Assembly: GCA_024137785.1 (NCBI GenBank)
Contig: JAHRHZ010000099.1
Coordinates: 2,154,494 to 2,218,493, forward strand
Origin: Ginglymostoma cirratum
Lineage: Eukaryota
Direction: 5' to 3'
DNA: 64,000 nucleotides
Shown: piece after piece, positions 13,336 to 25,504 of the stretch
Position numbering within the stretch: the first letter of the stretch is position 1
Layout: each line of letters begins with the position of its first letter
Notes under the pieces: generated by a model
Told to the model about the DNA's origin: nothing
The model's database searches: none
The model's input: only the letters and a program-made list of their open reading frames with translations
Made by a program: the position numbers and the translations under genes

Positions 13336-14520
13336 CTACTAACATGTTTATTGGAAAGCTGGGGTGTGTGAAATGGTCACTTCGTTTGTCAATTCCAGGC
13401 AATGAGAACATGAAGCCTTAATCCATTCCTTTTATCAATCCCCCATCCAATTACCAAAACTTCTCCAACAATTAAAGGTGGCCACCTTTTTGTTAACAGC
13501 TCCCTGCTTTGAAATCAACCACAGCAGAAACTGATTTTTCAAGTCCACTGCTTCAGTTTTTCATTATGTTGAAGTCCATTGTTAAAACTATTTAGTCCTT
13601 TATTTTTCAGAATGGAGGTAGTGCAATCTATCTACTTAATTTGACAATTATGACACTTCAATTCTACTAATTACCTTGCAACAATTTTTCACACCTTCAG
13701 TGCTTCAGTATAATTTTTGTTGCATGGTACCATCGCTGAGCACAGCTCTGTAAAAGTCTCACAAAACCCTCACACGTCCCATTAGGTATCAACCAATTTT
13801 TTTTCACACTTGAGAGAGCTGTCGCAACTTGCCTATCTACTTATAGTGTAGATGCTGTATTCTTCAATCAATCTAAAGAAAGAAGATTGTGTACTAAATC
13901 TATACTTCATTGAGTCAGTGATTAGCTTGATGCAGGATTTTAAAAGTTTTTTAAAAAATCTGAGTTGGTTTCATCTAAGCGTCCACGAAATCTGCAGTTT
14001 TGACTGTTTCAATAACTATAAACAGCACCCATTTCAATAGAATCACGATGGAGGATTGAAGTCGTTGAATAAATTTGAAAACATCTTTCTTGCAAATGCC
14101 TTAACTTCACACAAAATTAGATTTGGATTCCAAAACGGAGGAACACGCAGAGACATAGCTTTCAGCTCCTTCCCTGTATATATGAGATAGGTTTAGTTTC
14201 AAAAAGATGCCTTAAGGTCATTTTAAAATAAAACTGTCCATCTTGTGTCGATTCTCTGCATTCGGATTAAGGCACAACAAGGGTATACAACATCATAACA
14301 TACTAAACATAATTTTGTCATCGTTAGTTCATACAATGACATATTTGATTTCAGAGGAACACACTAAAATCTGCAGAATGCTGGACGGAGCCGACAATTT
14401 GAACAACGGTAGGAGTTTGAAATGTTCCATCAAAATTGATCACGTAACAGCTAATTCAGCATTTTAGTTTACAAGATGCTTCTCTAATAAAGTAAGCGAT
14501 AAACGCAAAAGCTTCTTCGA

Positions 14521-14807
14521 TCAGCTGCAACTGGGTCTCGCAATAGCCTTTTGAAATGGGGTTGCCTGAGTTTCGTGTTTAACTCCACAGAAGTAAAGCT
14601 AATGTGAGTTCCAGTCTGAGGCTGATAGGGTTGCCCATCTCCTGCTGGATCGAACTGATCTCAATGCCATCCCCCTGACTCTGCCATCTACCGTCCACTC
14701 AATCTCCACTGAGACAAGGTTAAAACCTCTCAGCAAACACACCAGGGTGGCCGTGTCCTTTTCGTGACTTGAACCGATAAGGGCTGAAGGAGGGGAACTG
14801 TGAGACT
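14521..14807 (-). pseudogene. IGLC: Ig lambda (type II/NS3) light-chain constant exon, cluster A, pseudogene
   Basis: Acceptor ttttcatgtccacag; …DTATLVCLLRGFNLVSVEIEWTVDG…LSASDWNSH*LYFCGVKHETQATPFQKAIARPSCS*; in-frame TAG at 14599-14601; 1-nt and ~26-nt deletions relative to the C exon at 42179-42504. Confidence 0.92.
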
Positions 14808-15704
14808 CTGTGGACATGAAAAGCAGGAAATAATGCAAGACGATTGAATCCTCACTGGCATTAAACTTTTTCTTTAACTCTCTGAAAATTCAGTGTCACC
14901 CTGCAAGACTGTAGAACTTGCTTCAAACGGGACTTTTCAGTGCGCACGAAAAAGGAACTGAGATCTGCAACTCTGGAGAAGATATAAGCAGGAAGATGTT
15001 TCTGCTTTTGCTAACTCCCAGAGAACAAGTGAAAATTATGAAACACGAGGAACGATTTAAAAAAACGTGGGAACAGTAAAAAGTTCATATGTAGTGGTCT
15101 GACGCAAACTGTGACTGCCAATGTCCCAGGAATTGAGGATTAAGACCAACGTAAAATCTGACACATCAGAATTTAGGATAAAACGTAAAGCCAATGCTGA
15201 CAAACAATATTTTGCGATGTTTATCACAAGCATTCCATTCTAATGAATCCCCTCTTAATCATGATTCTTGCTTCTGCTTCTTCTGTTGATGGAAGTGGTC
15301 TCTTACAGACTACTACTTAAGAGTTCGGCATATTAATCATTCCTCGTTCCCGCCCGCCTGTTATCGAGAATGCCCTGGCAAATTGCACAGGGCGCTCCTA
15401 ACGTATTTGAGGTGTGAGAATCAAAAATATCTGTGGTGTCAGAGTGTCAAAAGACACAGTTTCGAAAAGAAAGTATTTTCCAACAAGTAACCTCTGTCAT
15501 ATTAACCGATTAAATCCACTTCGGATATTATTATTCCCGATCTAACTTTAATTTGCGAGTAATAAGTCCAAACATACACTGGTCGACTCTGTCTCTCTAA
15601 AACAAACTGCTCATTATAACAGGGATGTTTATGGATCCTTACTGTGTTCAACTGACCTGTAGCTCTTTCTCCATTTCAGCGGAGTCTGCTCTTCTGAAGT
15701 GCTT

Positions 15705-16060
15705 CTTTTTGTACTCAGTCAGGAATGTGCTGTCGCTGGCTGACCGGCAATTATTGGCCGTCCCTAACTTCCCCTGAGAAAGTGGTGGTGAGTTGTCTCT
15801 TGAACCGCTGCAGTTCTTGTGCTGTAGGTTGACACACACGGAAGGAGATTCCATGACTTTAACACTTTAACCCAATGACAGTGAAGGAAAGGCGGTATAT
15901 TTCCAAGTCAGGATGGTGAGTGACTTGGAGGGGGTCTTGCAGGTGGTGGGATTCCCTTGATGTTCTTGTCCATTTAAAAGGTATTGGTGGAGGGTTTTGA
16001 AGATAATGTCCATGGAGCGTTGGTGAATCTAGATGGTACAGACTCCTGCTGAGCCATTTA
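15705..16060 (-). mobile_element. LINE/SINE 3'-tail fragment in the J-C intron of cluster A
   Basis: Same tail sequence as 4640-4990 and 20300-20650. Confidence 0.6.
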
Positions 16061-16417
16061 TTAATATTGACAGTATTGAGTGTCCTGAGGTCGTGTTACA
16101 GACTACATCAATATCAGCCGCTACTTTATTTTTTCTCCTCATTATACAAATTTATTCTCATGATGCAGCCCGTTGTAAAAGTCACAGCAAGGATGTCGTT
16201 ATTTCCTATATTTTTAAATATACCTTAGCGCCGACTGAGGCCAGCGACAAACACGGAGTGAAATGGTTTATTTAATCTGAGGCAAAGATGAAAATACGTT
16301 TTCTAATCCTTGATCTAGAAGCTGAAACGTTACACTTTGTTCCGGCACTGAGTTTTAATGACAACCATGTCAGCGGTCCTCCCAGCACCAGAATTGCCCA
16401 TCTAAGATGAATAATCT

Positions 16418-16425
16418 ATTTGCAT
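16418..16425 (+). promoter_or_regulatory. Octamer ATTTGCAT in the J-C intron of cluster A (possible intronic enhancer element)
   Basis: Exact octamer; the aligned position in cluster B reads agccgcat. Confidence 0.3.
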
Positions 16426-17961
16426 TCTGAACGATTCACCTTGACATCTGCAACGAAGTAAAATGCAAGTTGAAAATGTGAGTAATCAGACAAGTGTCGC
16501 CAGTTTCCATCGCCACAGCACCCCTACGATTCAGTGTTTAGCTGAATTTGCTGACACTGAAATAGTTGGAGTCCTGCGGGACTATCCAACAAAATTCTAA
16601 CCCATCCGTTGACATTGTTATAATAATGCGAAGTATTTTACAGTACATTCTCTTTCTCTTCAGAACTGTATTAGAGACGCATTTAGAAAAAGAACAAGTA
16701 TGACAAAGGGAGTCTTTTTGTTTTATTTTGCCACGTTAGCCCATACCATCCTGTGCAGACAAATAATGATCATTACACACACTGTTAGAACATCGATATT
16801 TTCTGTGTGCGACTCCGCTCACTGAAACAGACTACGCATTCAGCAACACTTGAGAGAGCGCAGGTACAGGGGCAATGATTTAAAAATCTATTCCGAGACA
16901 TATCCGAGCAACTGGATGGACAGAAATAAATGTTCCATTGACTTGCTAACAAAACAATTTGGCTGTGACTGCGTTTGTGCAGAATTGGATCTGCGTGATC
17001 ATCACTGGCTGAACCCAGCGCAAAAAAAAAATGTTCACTATAGTCATCGGGGATTAATGTGAAAGGCAAGACTGAGAATCTTGGACTGAGCGGTTTTCGC
17101 TGCTTAGAGAAGAGTGAGACCGAGTTGCAGCAAAACGCCACATCGTCCTCCCGCCTTAGAACGGCGCTTATATCGCGGTGCTGCTTTCAGTGGAATGAAA
17201 ACGGCATTGCGCAAACATTTTCAAGTATGTTTTCAGCTTTTAGAGTGGGGCTATGAAGGCCACAGATGATAACATCTGAAAGACTCCATCGGGTTGAAAA
17301 GAATCATAAAATTTGCGGTCACCAAAGAAGGCCGATCGTATCCTTTCAATCACCCGACCCATTATCAGACATTCTTTCCCGCTGTTTTAAAGAAAAATGC
17401 CTGCTTCCTTTCTCAGCACTACCGTAGCTTCGTTGATCGTACTCTTAACAGCTGCGTCAATGGGGACCGAACAATCCCTGAGGTAAAACACTGCCTTCAA
17501 AACGCTGACCGCGTCAGCAATTATGTTGGTTTTCATCTCCCTGCGCGGGAGCGGCTTGGAGATCCGAACATTTTCAGCGCAGTATGATATAAAATTCGAG
17601 TAGAGCTGGATTCATTTAGGTTTTCCTCACAAGGGAAACCTCGCAGCTCTGATATCACCTTAATACATTGTCTATATGTCCTCTACAGGGCTCGGACATG
17701 CTCCGTAACATGGACTGTCATCTAAACATCACCGATTCACAAGGTCTGAATGAATGCAACTGATGGAAATTCTCCTGATCTACTCTGAATCAATTTGTTA
17801 AGTGTCTGTAAATTGTTTCTGACCTGCGTCGCTGCACTGAGGAAATACAACGATTTGAATGAGAAAAATGACGGCTTTATCACGGAGAATGACTCGGTAC
17901 TAGTGATTTTGGATTCAATGATTTTCGACCAAACACAGATAATCACAGATCGAACATCTTT

Positions 17962-18180
17962 TAACCAGGTGTAGAGCTGGATGAACACAGCAGACCAAAC
18001 AGCATCGGAGGAGCAGGAAAGCTGACTTTTCGGTTCTGACCCCATCAGCAATTATGTTGGTTTTCCTGGCCCGAAACGTCAGCTTTCCCGCTCCTCCGAT
18101 GCTGCTTGGCCTGCTGTGTTCATCCAGCTCGACACCTTGTTATCTCAAATTCTTCTGCATCTGCAGTTCCTACTATCTCT
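17962..18180. mobile_element. Fold-back element (same family as 1118-1676) just downstream of J in cluster A
   Basis: Inverted arms agctggatgaacacagcag…gcatcggaggagcaggaaagctgac / gtcagctttcccgctcctccgatgc…ctgctgtgttcatccagct; decayed TSD tcgaacatcttttaa / tcgagcatttgttaa. Confidence 0.75.
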
Positions 18181-18234
18181 CGAGCATTTGTTAATCCCGA
18201 ATTCCAATTTTCGGATGATCAATAATTTACTTAC

Positions 18235-18562
18235 TGAAAGTCCAACTTGGTTCCTCTCCCGAAAGTGTAATCCACATATCAGTAATAATCGGCGTCTTAC
18301 TCTGATTGCATATTGGTAATGGTGAAGTACATCCTATTACTTGACGAGTCCACGCGCCCACTGAATAGATTTGAAGTACCCGGTTGAATTCCGGAGTACT
18401 CACTCCAAACCAACACTGGGGCATTCCCGGCTTTCTGCCAGTACCAGCTGGTTTATTAATAGCCGATGTTGCCCCCGGACATGGTGCAGGTGATCTTCAC
18501 TGTTTCCGCCGGGAATGTTGAGGTGAATCCTGGCTGAGGCAGGACACGGTCCCCGTTTGAAC
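18235..18562 (-). pseudogene. IGLV: Germline-joined Ig lambda VJ exon, cluster A, pseudogene
   Basis: Acceptor atttcaccag; DRVLPQPGFTSTFPAETVKITCTMSGGNIGY**TSWYWQKAGNAPVLVW…QSE*DADYY*YVDYTFGRGTKLDF, then gtaagt donor; four stops including at the second Cys; no RSS between V and J. Confidence 0.93.
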
Positions 18563-18688
18563 CTGGTGAAATAATTGCACTTTGCAATTGCGAAAGTTAT
18601 TCATAATTCAAGGCATTAAACTCTGAAACATTATAAAATACAGATCAATGTAAAAATGCAGTAATAGAGGCTGGCATCTCTATTTTTT

Positions 18689-18731
18689 TGTGGAGACAGC
18701 GCATCAGCTCGGCGAGAACTCCAACCTGTGG
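18689..18731 (-). pseudogene. Leader exon remnant, cluster A
   Basis: ggttggagttctcgccgagctgatgcgctgtctccac aligns to the cluster B leader; ATG deleted and GT donor lost. Confidence 0.85.
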
Positions 18732-20299
18732 GTGAAAGTTCTAGTGCTTGATATAATAATGTATATCCGGGGTCTTTCCAAACCTCCCATTAAGTGCCTG
18801 CAAACCTGGCAAAGTCACTGAATGTTAATAATTTACGTACATCTATAATCACGTGATATCAGACAAAAGGGACCGCAGGAATAAATGGTATCTGCGCACT
18901 GTTCATTCCAACTATTCTGGCAAAATACGACGAAAGAAGTGTTTAAAACATAGATGGCACAACCAGGAATATTGAATGCGGAGAAATATAAAGTGCGGTG
19001 CAACAAGAAATACCAGTTAGATAAAACTATGGTAGGGTTTTTAGATGCCCGAAGTTAGCAATAAATTATAAAGCTAAAGGCGATAACCAGTAAAATAGTT
19101 ACGGGGCCCTCGCGAAGAACAAGTTGGATAAGTAGAAAATGAGTTGCGAATTTATTTCTAGATGCGCAAAAGAGTGAGGAAGGTTGAGTCCTATAGGTCA
19201 TGGTTTGAGAGGATGAATGGACAGACAGTTGCATAGATGAAGGAGGCTTCATAAATATTCCCAATTTTGCAATTTGCCATTTAGTTTGTATTTATCCGAA
19301 ATGGTTTAGCTCTAATTCTCAGATTGTGCCATCTTATTTTATAATTTGCTCAGTCTGTTCAACACAATTCTCTGCACCTTAGAACTTGGTGATTTCTGTT
19401 GACTTCCATACAGAATGGTACGTGCAAATCATTTAAACTGAGACCCCAACACCGACTCCAGGAGAACAGCAGTTGACACACCTTGGCAATCAAAAACAAA
19501 ATCCTTTATCTGTACTCTTAGTCTCTTATTTTATCACGAATAGTCAACCCTTATGTCAACCGTAATTTTATGCGGGTGTACATTACAACAATATTGTCTA
19601 GCGCATTGTACACAAACTTAATGCTATTTTTCTGCCTTTGCATTTTATTCGTTTAGAAGATAACCTGTGCGTGCCATTTTACAGTTTTGTGACAATTTAG
19701 AGCAATTAATACAAGAGTGATTACAAATCATCCCGAAAGAAGTCTCCAGAAGGTGCATTTTCAATGTGCCGCTTGTACCTGACGTGGTCGCAACCCAAGG
19801 ACTTAGCGTATCTAATAGTTGTGATCATTGAGTTAATGCTAACAACGCCTTCTTCTTTGTAAAACACAACGGGCTAAGACATGATTAAAAGAAAACCCTG
19901 CATTGTCTGGAACTGGACGGTTGGAGGGCAGACGTAAATAAAGCGAATACAATCGCAGAGATCACCCTGAATATGCGCAAACGAATAATTTACGGGAACA
20001 CACAACACGTGGGTCAAGTGCGTTCATTCTGTAGCAGTAATAGAACTCATTTGCAGTAAAACAAGAGACTGCACAATAGCAGTGTGAGAAAATTAAGGCA
20101 TTTGTTGACGTATCTGTTTATCTTGTTTCGCAATTTGATTCACAGTAAGTCACTGCTTTGCAATCAGCCCTCTTGTACGCTAATCTAAATCATGTTAAAT
20201 AATTTACACCACAGAAAGGGAAAGATCAATTCTGATTCGTTTCTTACATGTTGGCAAAAGGACTGAAACAGTAGAATTCTTTTTTGCTGTTTTTAACAA

Positions 20300-22740
20300 A
20301 AAAAATTGTGGAATGTGGGCATTGCTGGCTGGCCAACATTTATTGTCCGCCATTCAGGAGGTAGTGGTGAGCTGCCTTCTCGAACCACTGCAGTCCACCT
20401 GCTGTGGGATGGCCCACAATGCCATTAGGGAGAGAATTCCAGGATTTTGAACCAGCAACAGTAAAGGAATGGCGATATACTTCCAAGTGGGGATGGTGAG
20501 TGGCTTGGAGGCAAAGTTGAAAGTGGCGGTGGTCCCAAATATCTGCTGCCCTCGTCCTTCTAGATGGAGGTGTTCATAGGTTTGGAAGGTACTGTCTGAT
20601 GATCTTTGGTGAATTTCTGCAGTGCATCTTGTAGATTGTATACACTGCTGCTACTGAAGCGTCGGTGGTGGAGGGAGTGGATGCTTATGGATGTAGCACC
20701 AATAAAGCAGGGTGCTTTGTCGTGGATGGTGTCAAGCTTCTTGAGTGTTGTTGGGGCTGCACTCATCCAGGCAAGTGAGGAACATTCCGTCACACTCCTG
20801 ACTTGGGCTTTGTAGACGGTGGACAGTCTTTGAGGAGTCAGGAGGTGAGTTACTCGCCGCAGTATTCCTAGTCTCTAACCTGGTCTTGTAGCCACTGTCT
20901 TTATGTAGTGAGCCCAGTTGAGTTTCTGGTCTATGATAGCCCCCAGGATATTTATAACGGGGGTCTAAGTGATGGTAACACCATTTAATGCTAAGGAGCA
21001 GTGGTTAGATTATCTCTCATTGGTGATGGACTTGGCCTGGCATTTGTGTGGTGCGAATGTTACATGCCACTTGTCAGCCCAAGCCTTGATATTGTCCAGG
21101 TCATGTTGCATTTGAACATGGACTGCTTCGGTATCAGAGGAGTGATGTTGGACATTGTGCAATCATCAGTGAACATCTCCACTTCTGACGTTATGGTAGA
21201 GGGAAGATAATTGATGAAGCAGCTGAAGGCGGTTGGGCCTAGGACATTGTATCAGAGATAAAAGGTACTGCAGATGCCGGAGAATCCGAGATAACAAGCA
21301 TGGGGCTGGATGAACACAGCAGGTCAAGCAGAAATGAAGGGTTTAGGCCCAAAACGTCAAGTTTTCCTGCTCCTATGATGCTGCTTGACCTGCTGTGTTC
21401 ATCCAGCCCCATGCTTGTTATCTGGGCCTAGGACATTACCCTGAGGAACACTTAGAGATGTCCTGGAGCTGAGATGATTGATGTCCACCAACCACAACTA
21501 TTTTCCTCTTTGTCAAGTATGACTCCAACCACCAAAGAGTTTGTTCCCTGATACCCATTGATTCAAGTTTTGCCAAGGCTTCCTGATGCTGCACGCAGTC
21601 GATTGCATCCTTCATGTCAATAGCTGTCACTCTCACCTCACCTGTAGAAGTCAGATCTTTTACGCATGTTTAGACCAAGGGTGTAATGACGTCAGGAGGT
21701 GAATGGCCCTGGCAGAACCCAAACAGTGAATCACTGTTATTGTTGAGCAGGTGCTACTTGAAAACAGTGTTGTTGACACTTTCCATCACTTTACTGATGT
21801 TTGAGAGTAGACTGTTGGAGTGGTAATTAGCTGGATTGGATTTGTCTTGCTTTTTATGTACAGGGCATCCCTGGGCAATTTTACACATTGTCGGGTGGAT
21901 ACCAGTGCGGTAACTGTACTGGAACAGCTTGGCCAGGGGAGTGGCAAGTTCTGGAGCACAAGTCTTCAGTACTATTACCGGAATGTTGTCAGGGCTTGTA
22001 GCCTTTTCAGAGTTCATTGTCTCCAACTGTTTCTTGGTATCACTTGGAGTGAATTGAATTGGCTGATGACGGATATCTGTAATGCTGGGGACCTCTGGAT
22101 GAGGCCCAGATGGATCATCAACTCAGCACTTCTGGCTGAACATTGCTGTAAAAGCGTCCGCCTTATCTTTTGCACTGATGTGCCGGGCTCTTCCATCATT
22201 GAGAACAGGCATATTTGCGGAGCCTCTTCCTCCAGTGAGTTGTTTAATTGCCCACGATCACTCACGATTGGATGTGGCAGGACTGCAAAACTGAGATCAG
22301 ATCCATTGGTTGTGGATGATTATCCGTTTGTTAGCTCTGCCTGTCACTTGCTGTTTATGCTGTTTGGCGTGCAAGTAGTCCTGTGTGGTGGCTTCACCAG
22401 TTGACACCTCATCTTCAGGTATGCCTTGTGCTGCTCCTGGCATGCCCTCCTGCACTCTCCATTGAACCAGGGTTGAGGGATATGCCGGGTGATGAGGTTA
22501 CAGATTGTGCTGGAGTGCAATTCTGCTGCTGTTGATCACACACAGCGCCTCATGGATGCCCAGGCTTGAGTTGATAGGTCTGTTGGAAGTCTATCCCATT
22601 TAGTACGGTGATAGTGCCGTACAACACATCCTCAATGTGAAGGCAGGACTTCGTCTCCACGACGACTGCGCGGTGGTCACTCTTACGGATACTGTCATGG
22701 ACAGATGCCTCTGCAGCTGGCAGATTGGTGAGAATGAGGT
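20300..22740 (-). mobile_element. LINE (CR1/L2-like clade, second family), RT plus 3' tail, frameshifted
   Basis: ORFs 21754-22026 (KATSPDNIP…LAKLFQYS…PVHKKQDKSNPANY), 21436-21636 and 20560-20793. Confidence 0.85.
21249..21422. mobile_element. Fold-back element inserted in the LINE
   Basis: Exact 15-bp TSD tgggcctaggacatt at 21234-21248 and 21423-21437; long inverted arms; centre atgaagggtttaggcccaaaacgtc. Confidence 0.85.
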
Positions 22741-23489
22741 CAAGTAGGTCAGGATGAGGTCAAGTAATGGCTTGATTTTATCGCACAGGGCAAGTATTTG
22801 AGTTATACGTGCTTATTTTAGTTTAGTTTATTTACAGATTATTTTAGTCAGTGTCACATTACGCCAGAATTTTTGAGACACACTGTTGTTGAGCTAAGGC
22901 TGCTCGACAGCGCCACCACCTGTCAGAAGAATAGTCTCTTTCATTTGCAATCAAAGTAAAATGAGGAACATGAAAATTACTATGAACAGGAATGGTCCCC
23001 TTAAATCCTCAGGCTTGGTCAGCTATTGAATAAGCTCATCGATATTCCTTACCGCAGTTCCAATTTTGCATTTTACCCCAACTCCCATAAATAATTCAAT
23101 ATGCAAAACTATCCTGCTTCCAACATGTTCAATTACTAATTGTTCATCTAAAGCTGGCATGGCAGAAACCAGATATCCACAATACATTTCATAAAGAAAC
23201 CAATTTCTTTCCTTTGTCTCATTCTTAAATGGCTTATTCTGGTATTATGCCTGCTCCTTCTCAACTAAGCTGTCTGGGAAACAACACGCTATCTAGTATG
23301 TTTCAATGAAACTACTTCTCAGTCTTCTACAAGCTAGGGAACACATACCTAATCTGCCCAGTAGGATAATCTTCACAAGTCGAGCACAAGTATTTTAAAA
23401 CTTCCTTTTTTTCCACTGCAAAGTCATCTTTCAGTCAGTGTTGAGATCAAGTTCTCCAAGTGTGTCTCAACGCAGGGAGATTATTATGT

Positions 23490-24400
23490 CACCATACTGT
23501 GTTACCAGTGGAAGGAAAGGAAGTGAGACCGCTGTAAAACCTAACCTGTACGTTAGCAGTTTACTTTGGAAGAGTGGAAGTGGTAGAGTTGGCGGGTTTG
23601 GAAAGTGGTCTTTAAGGAGCCCTGCTATTTTTTTTTTTGCAGTGCTTCTTCTAGATGGTGGGGATTGCTGCTGCTGAGAGTCGATGGTGAAGAGAGTGAA
23701 TGCTGAATAAGTTAGATGGGTTGCTATTCAAGTGGACTGTTTTGTTCTGGGTGGTATCAAGCTCCCTGCGTATTGTTGGTGACGCAGTCATGCAGCAAGT
23801 GGGGAGTAGTCTATCATACTCCTGCCTTATGCCTAGCAGCGGTAGATGAGCACTGTGAAGTCAAGGTACTCACTGCAAAATTTATATATTTTGTCCTCAT
23901 AGAACATCCAGCTGCCAACATGTTTCAATTGCCACAGTAGTTATACTGTTAGACCAGTACTCTCTCTGATCAATGATAGCCCCAGGTTATTAATATCAGG
24001 AGATGAAGCAATGGAAATATCATTGAATGTCAAGGAGTAATGTTTGGTTTCTTTCTTGATGGAGATAGGCATTGACTGTTAAACATGTCATACAAATGTC
24101 ACTTGCTGTTAATCAAATCAAATTGGAATGTTATCTGGATCTTACTGTATATGTGTGTAGTCTGTTTCAATATCGAATGGAATGGTGCCGCTCATTGTGT
24201 GATCATCATAGGATATCACAGTTTGAGAGTTTATGATGGAGGGTAGATCATTTATCAAGTAGCTGAAAATTAGTAGACCTAGGACACAATCCTGAGGTAC
24301 TCCTGCAGTGATGTCCTATGGCTGAGATGGCTGACCTCCAACAACTGCAACTATCTTCCTTTATGCCAGGAATGATTCCAACCAGTGGAGATGTTTCCTG
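23490..24400 (-). mobile_element. Older copy of the second LINE family
   Basis: Colinear decayed similarity to 20450-21560. Confidence 0.6.
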
Positions 24401-25504
24401 TGAAGGCAGGAATAAAATAAAAGACAAAAACTAGTATTATGGAGAGTGAGGATGAAAAGAGTAAAGAAGAATAGCCGTAGTGTGGAAAATTATTAATAGA
24501 CACTGCATGCCATATACGACATATATCTAAGACGCTATACCAACTCTTAGTTCCTTGACTTCCTTTCTGTCCTGCCAACCCATTTACACTTACTTATGGT
24601 CCCCATTATCAGATTGCCTTTCTCCTTGGCATATGAATATCCACCCCTTTATCTGCCTAGCTGTCTTTCTCTTTCTTTGGGCACCATCTCCTCTCATCCC
24701 GTTACTACCACCACACTCCCCTCCCGCACCCCTAACCAGTCCCAACCATCAGTTCCACACCTGCCTTCAAGCTTGTATACATTGTAGTATTTAGCAACCA
24801 CATTATTCTATTCCTTCTGATTAAACAGAATTATTCTAATAGTGCTGACTATAAATGTAACAATTTCAAAGCAGGATTTTTACGGTTTCTTCTGTTTTTA
24901 AACAACCTTTCGCGCCGATCACGGACAACTGCAAACACTGAGTGAAACGGTGTACATAATCCGAAGATTAAAACAGTCCTTTTTCTAATTGGTGATCTAG
25001 AAACTGAACCGCTACAATTGATTATGACACTAAGTTCCAAAGTCAGCCACAACAGCGCATGTAACCAGCAGCAGAGTTGCCAGTCTCAGATAAACAATCT
25101 AGCCGCATTCTGAGAAATCCTGGCTGTGACTACGTTAACGCAGAAATTGGATTAGCTTTGATCGAACTGGTTGAGCCCAGCGCAAAAAAAAGTGCTCCTG
25201 CTGGCCCTCGGGATTAATGTGAAAGGTAGGACTGAGAATCTTGGACTGAGCGATTTTCATTGCTTAGAGACGCAGTCTCACACTTGGAACGGCGCTTATA
25301 TCGCGGCGCTGTTTTCTCTAGAATGAAAAAGGTATCGTGCGAAAATTGTAATTAGTGTTTTGAATGTTTGAAACGGGGCTTTGAGGGTCGGGATACAATT
25401 CCCAGGCGAGACTCGGAGCTGGTGTTTTGGGATTCGGTGGTTTTCCACGAAAATGTTAAACTCAAAGCGAAACTTGGTGCTCAGGTGACCAAAAATTTAC
25501 TTAC

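Noticed and set aside
13474-13489. Perfect 16-bp palindrome aaaggtggccaccttt
   Set aside because: About one such palindrome is expected by chance in 64 kb
16713-16755. RSS-like nonamer/heptamer (tctttttgt … tcctgtg) in the cluster A intron
   Set aside because: Spacer is 27 nt rather than 12 or 23, the heptamer is degenerate and there is no adjacent J segment
17962-18180. CRISPR-like repeat-spacer reading of the fold-back elements
   Set aside because: Vertebrate context; the repeats are inverted and dispersed rather than arrayed, and no cas-like ORFs are present
21820-22404. 194-aa plus-strand ORF (likewise 49474-49986 on the minus strand)
   Set aside because: Antisense frames of LINE ORF2
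22909-22925. CTCF-like motif cagcgccaccacctg (and ccacaagggggtg on the minus strand near 57050)
   Set aside because: Imperfect matches, not conserved in the paralogous segment; cannot be supported from sequence alone
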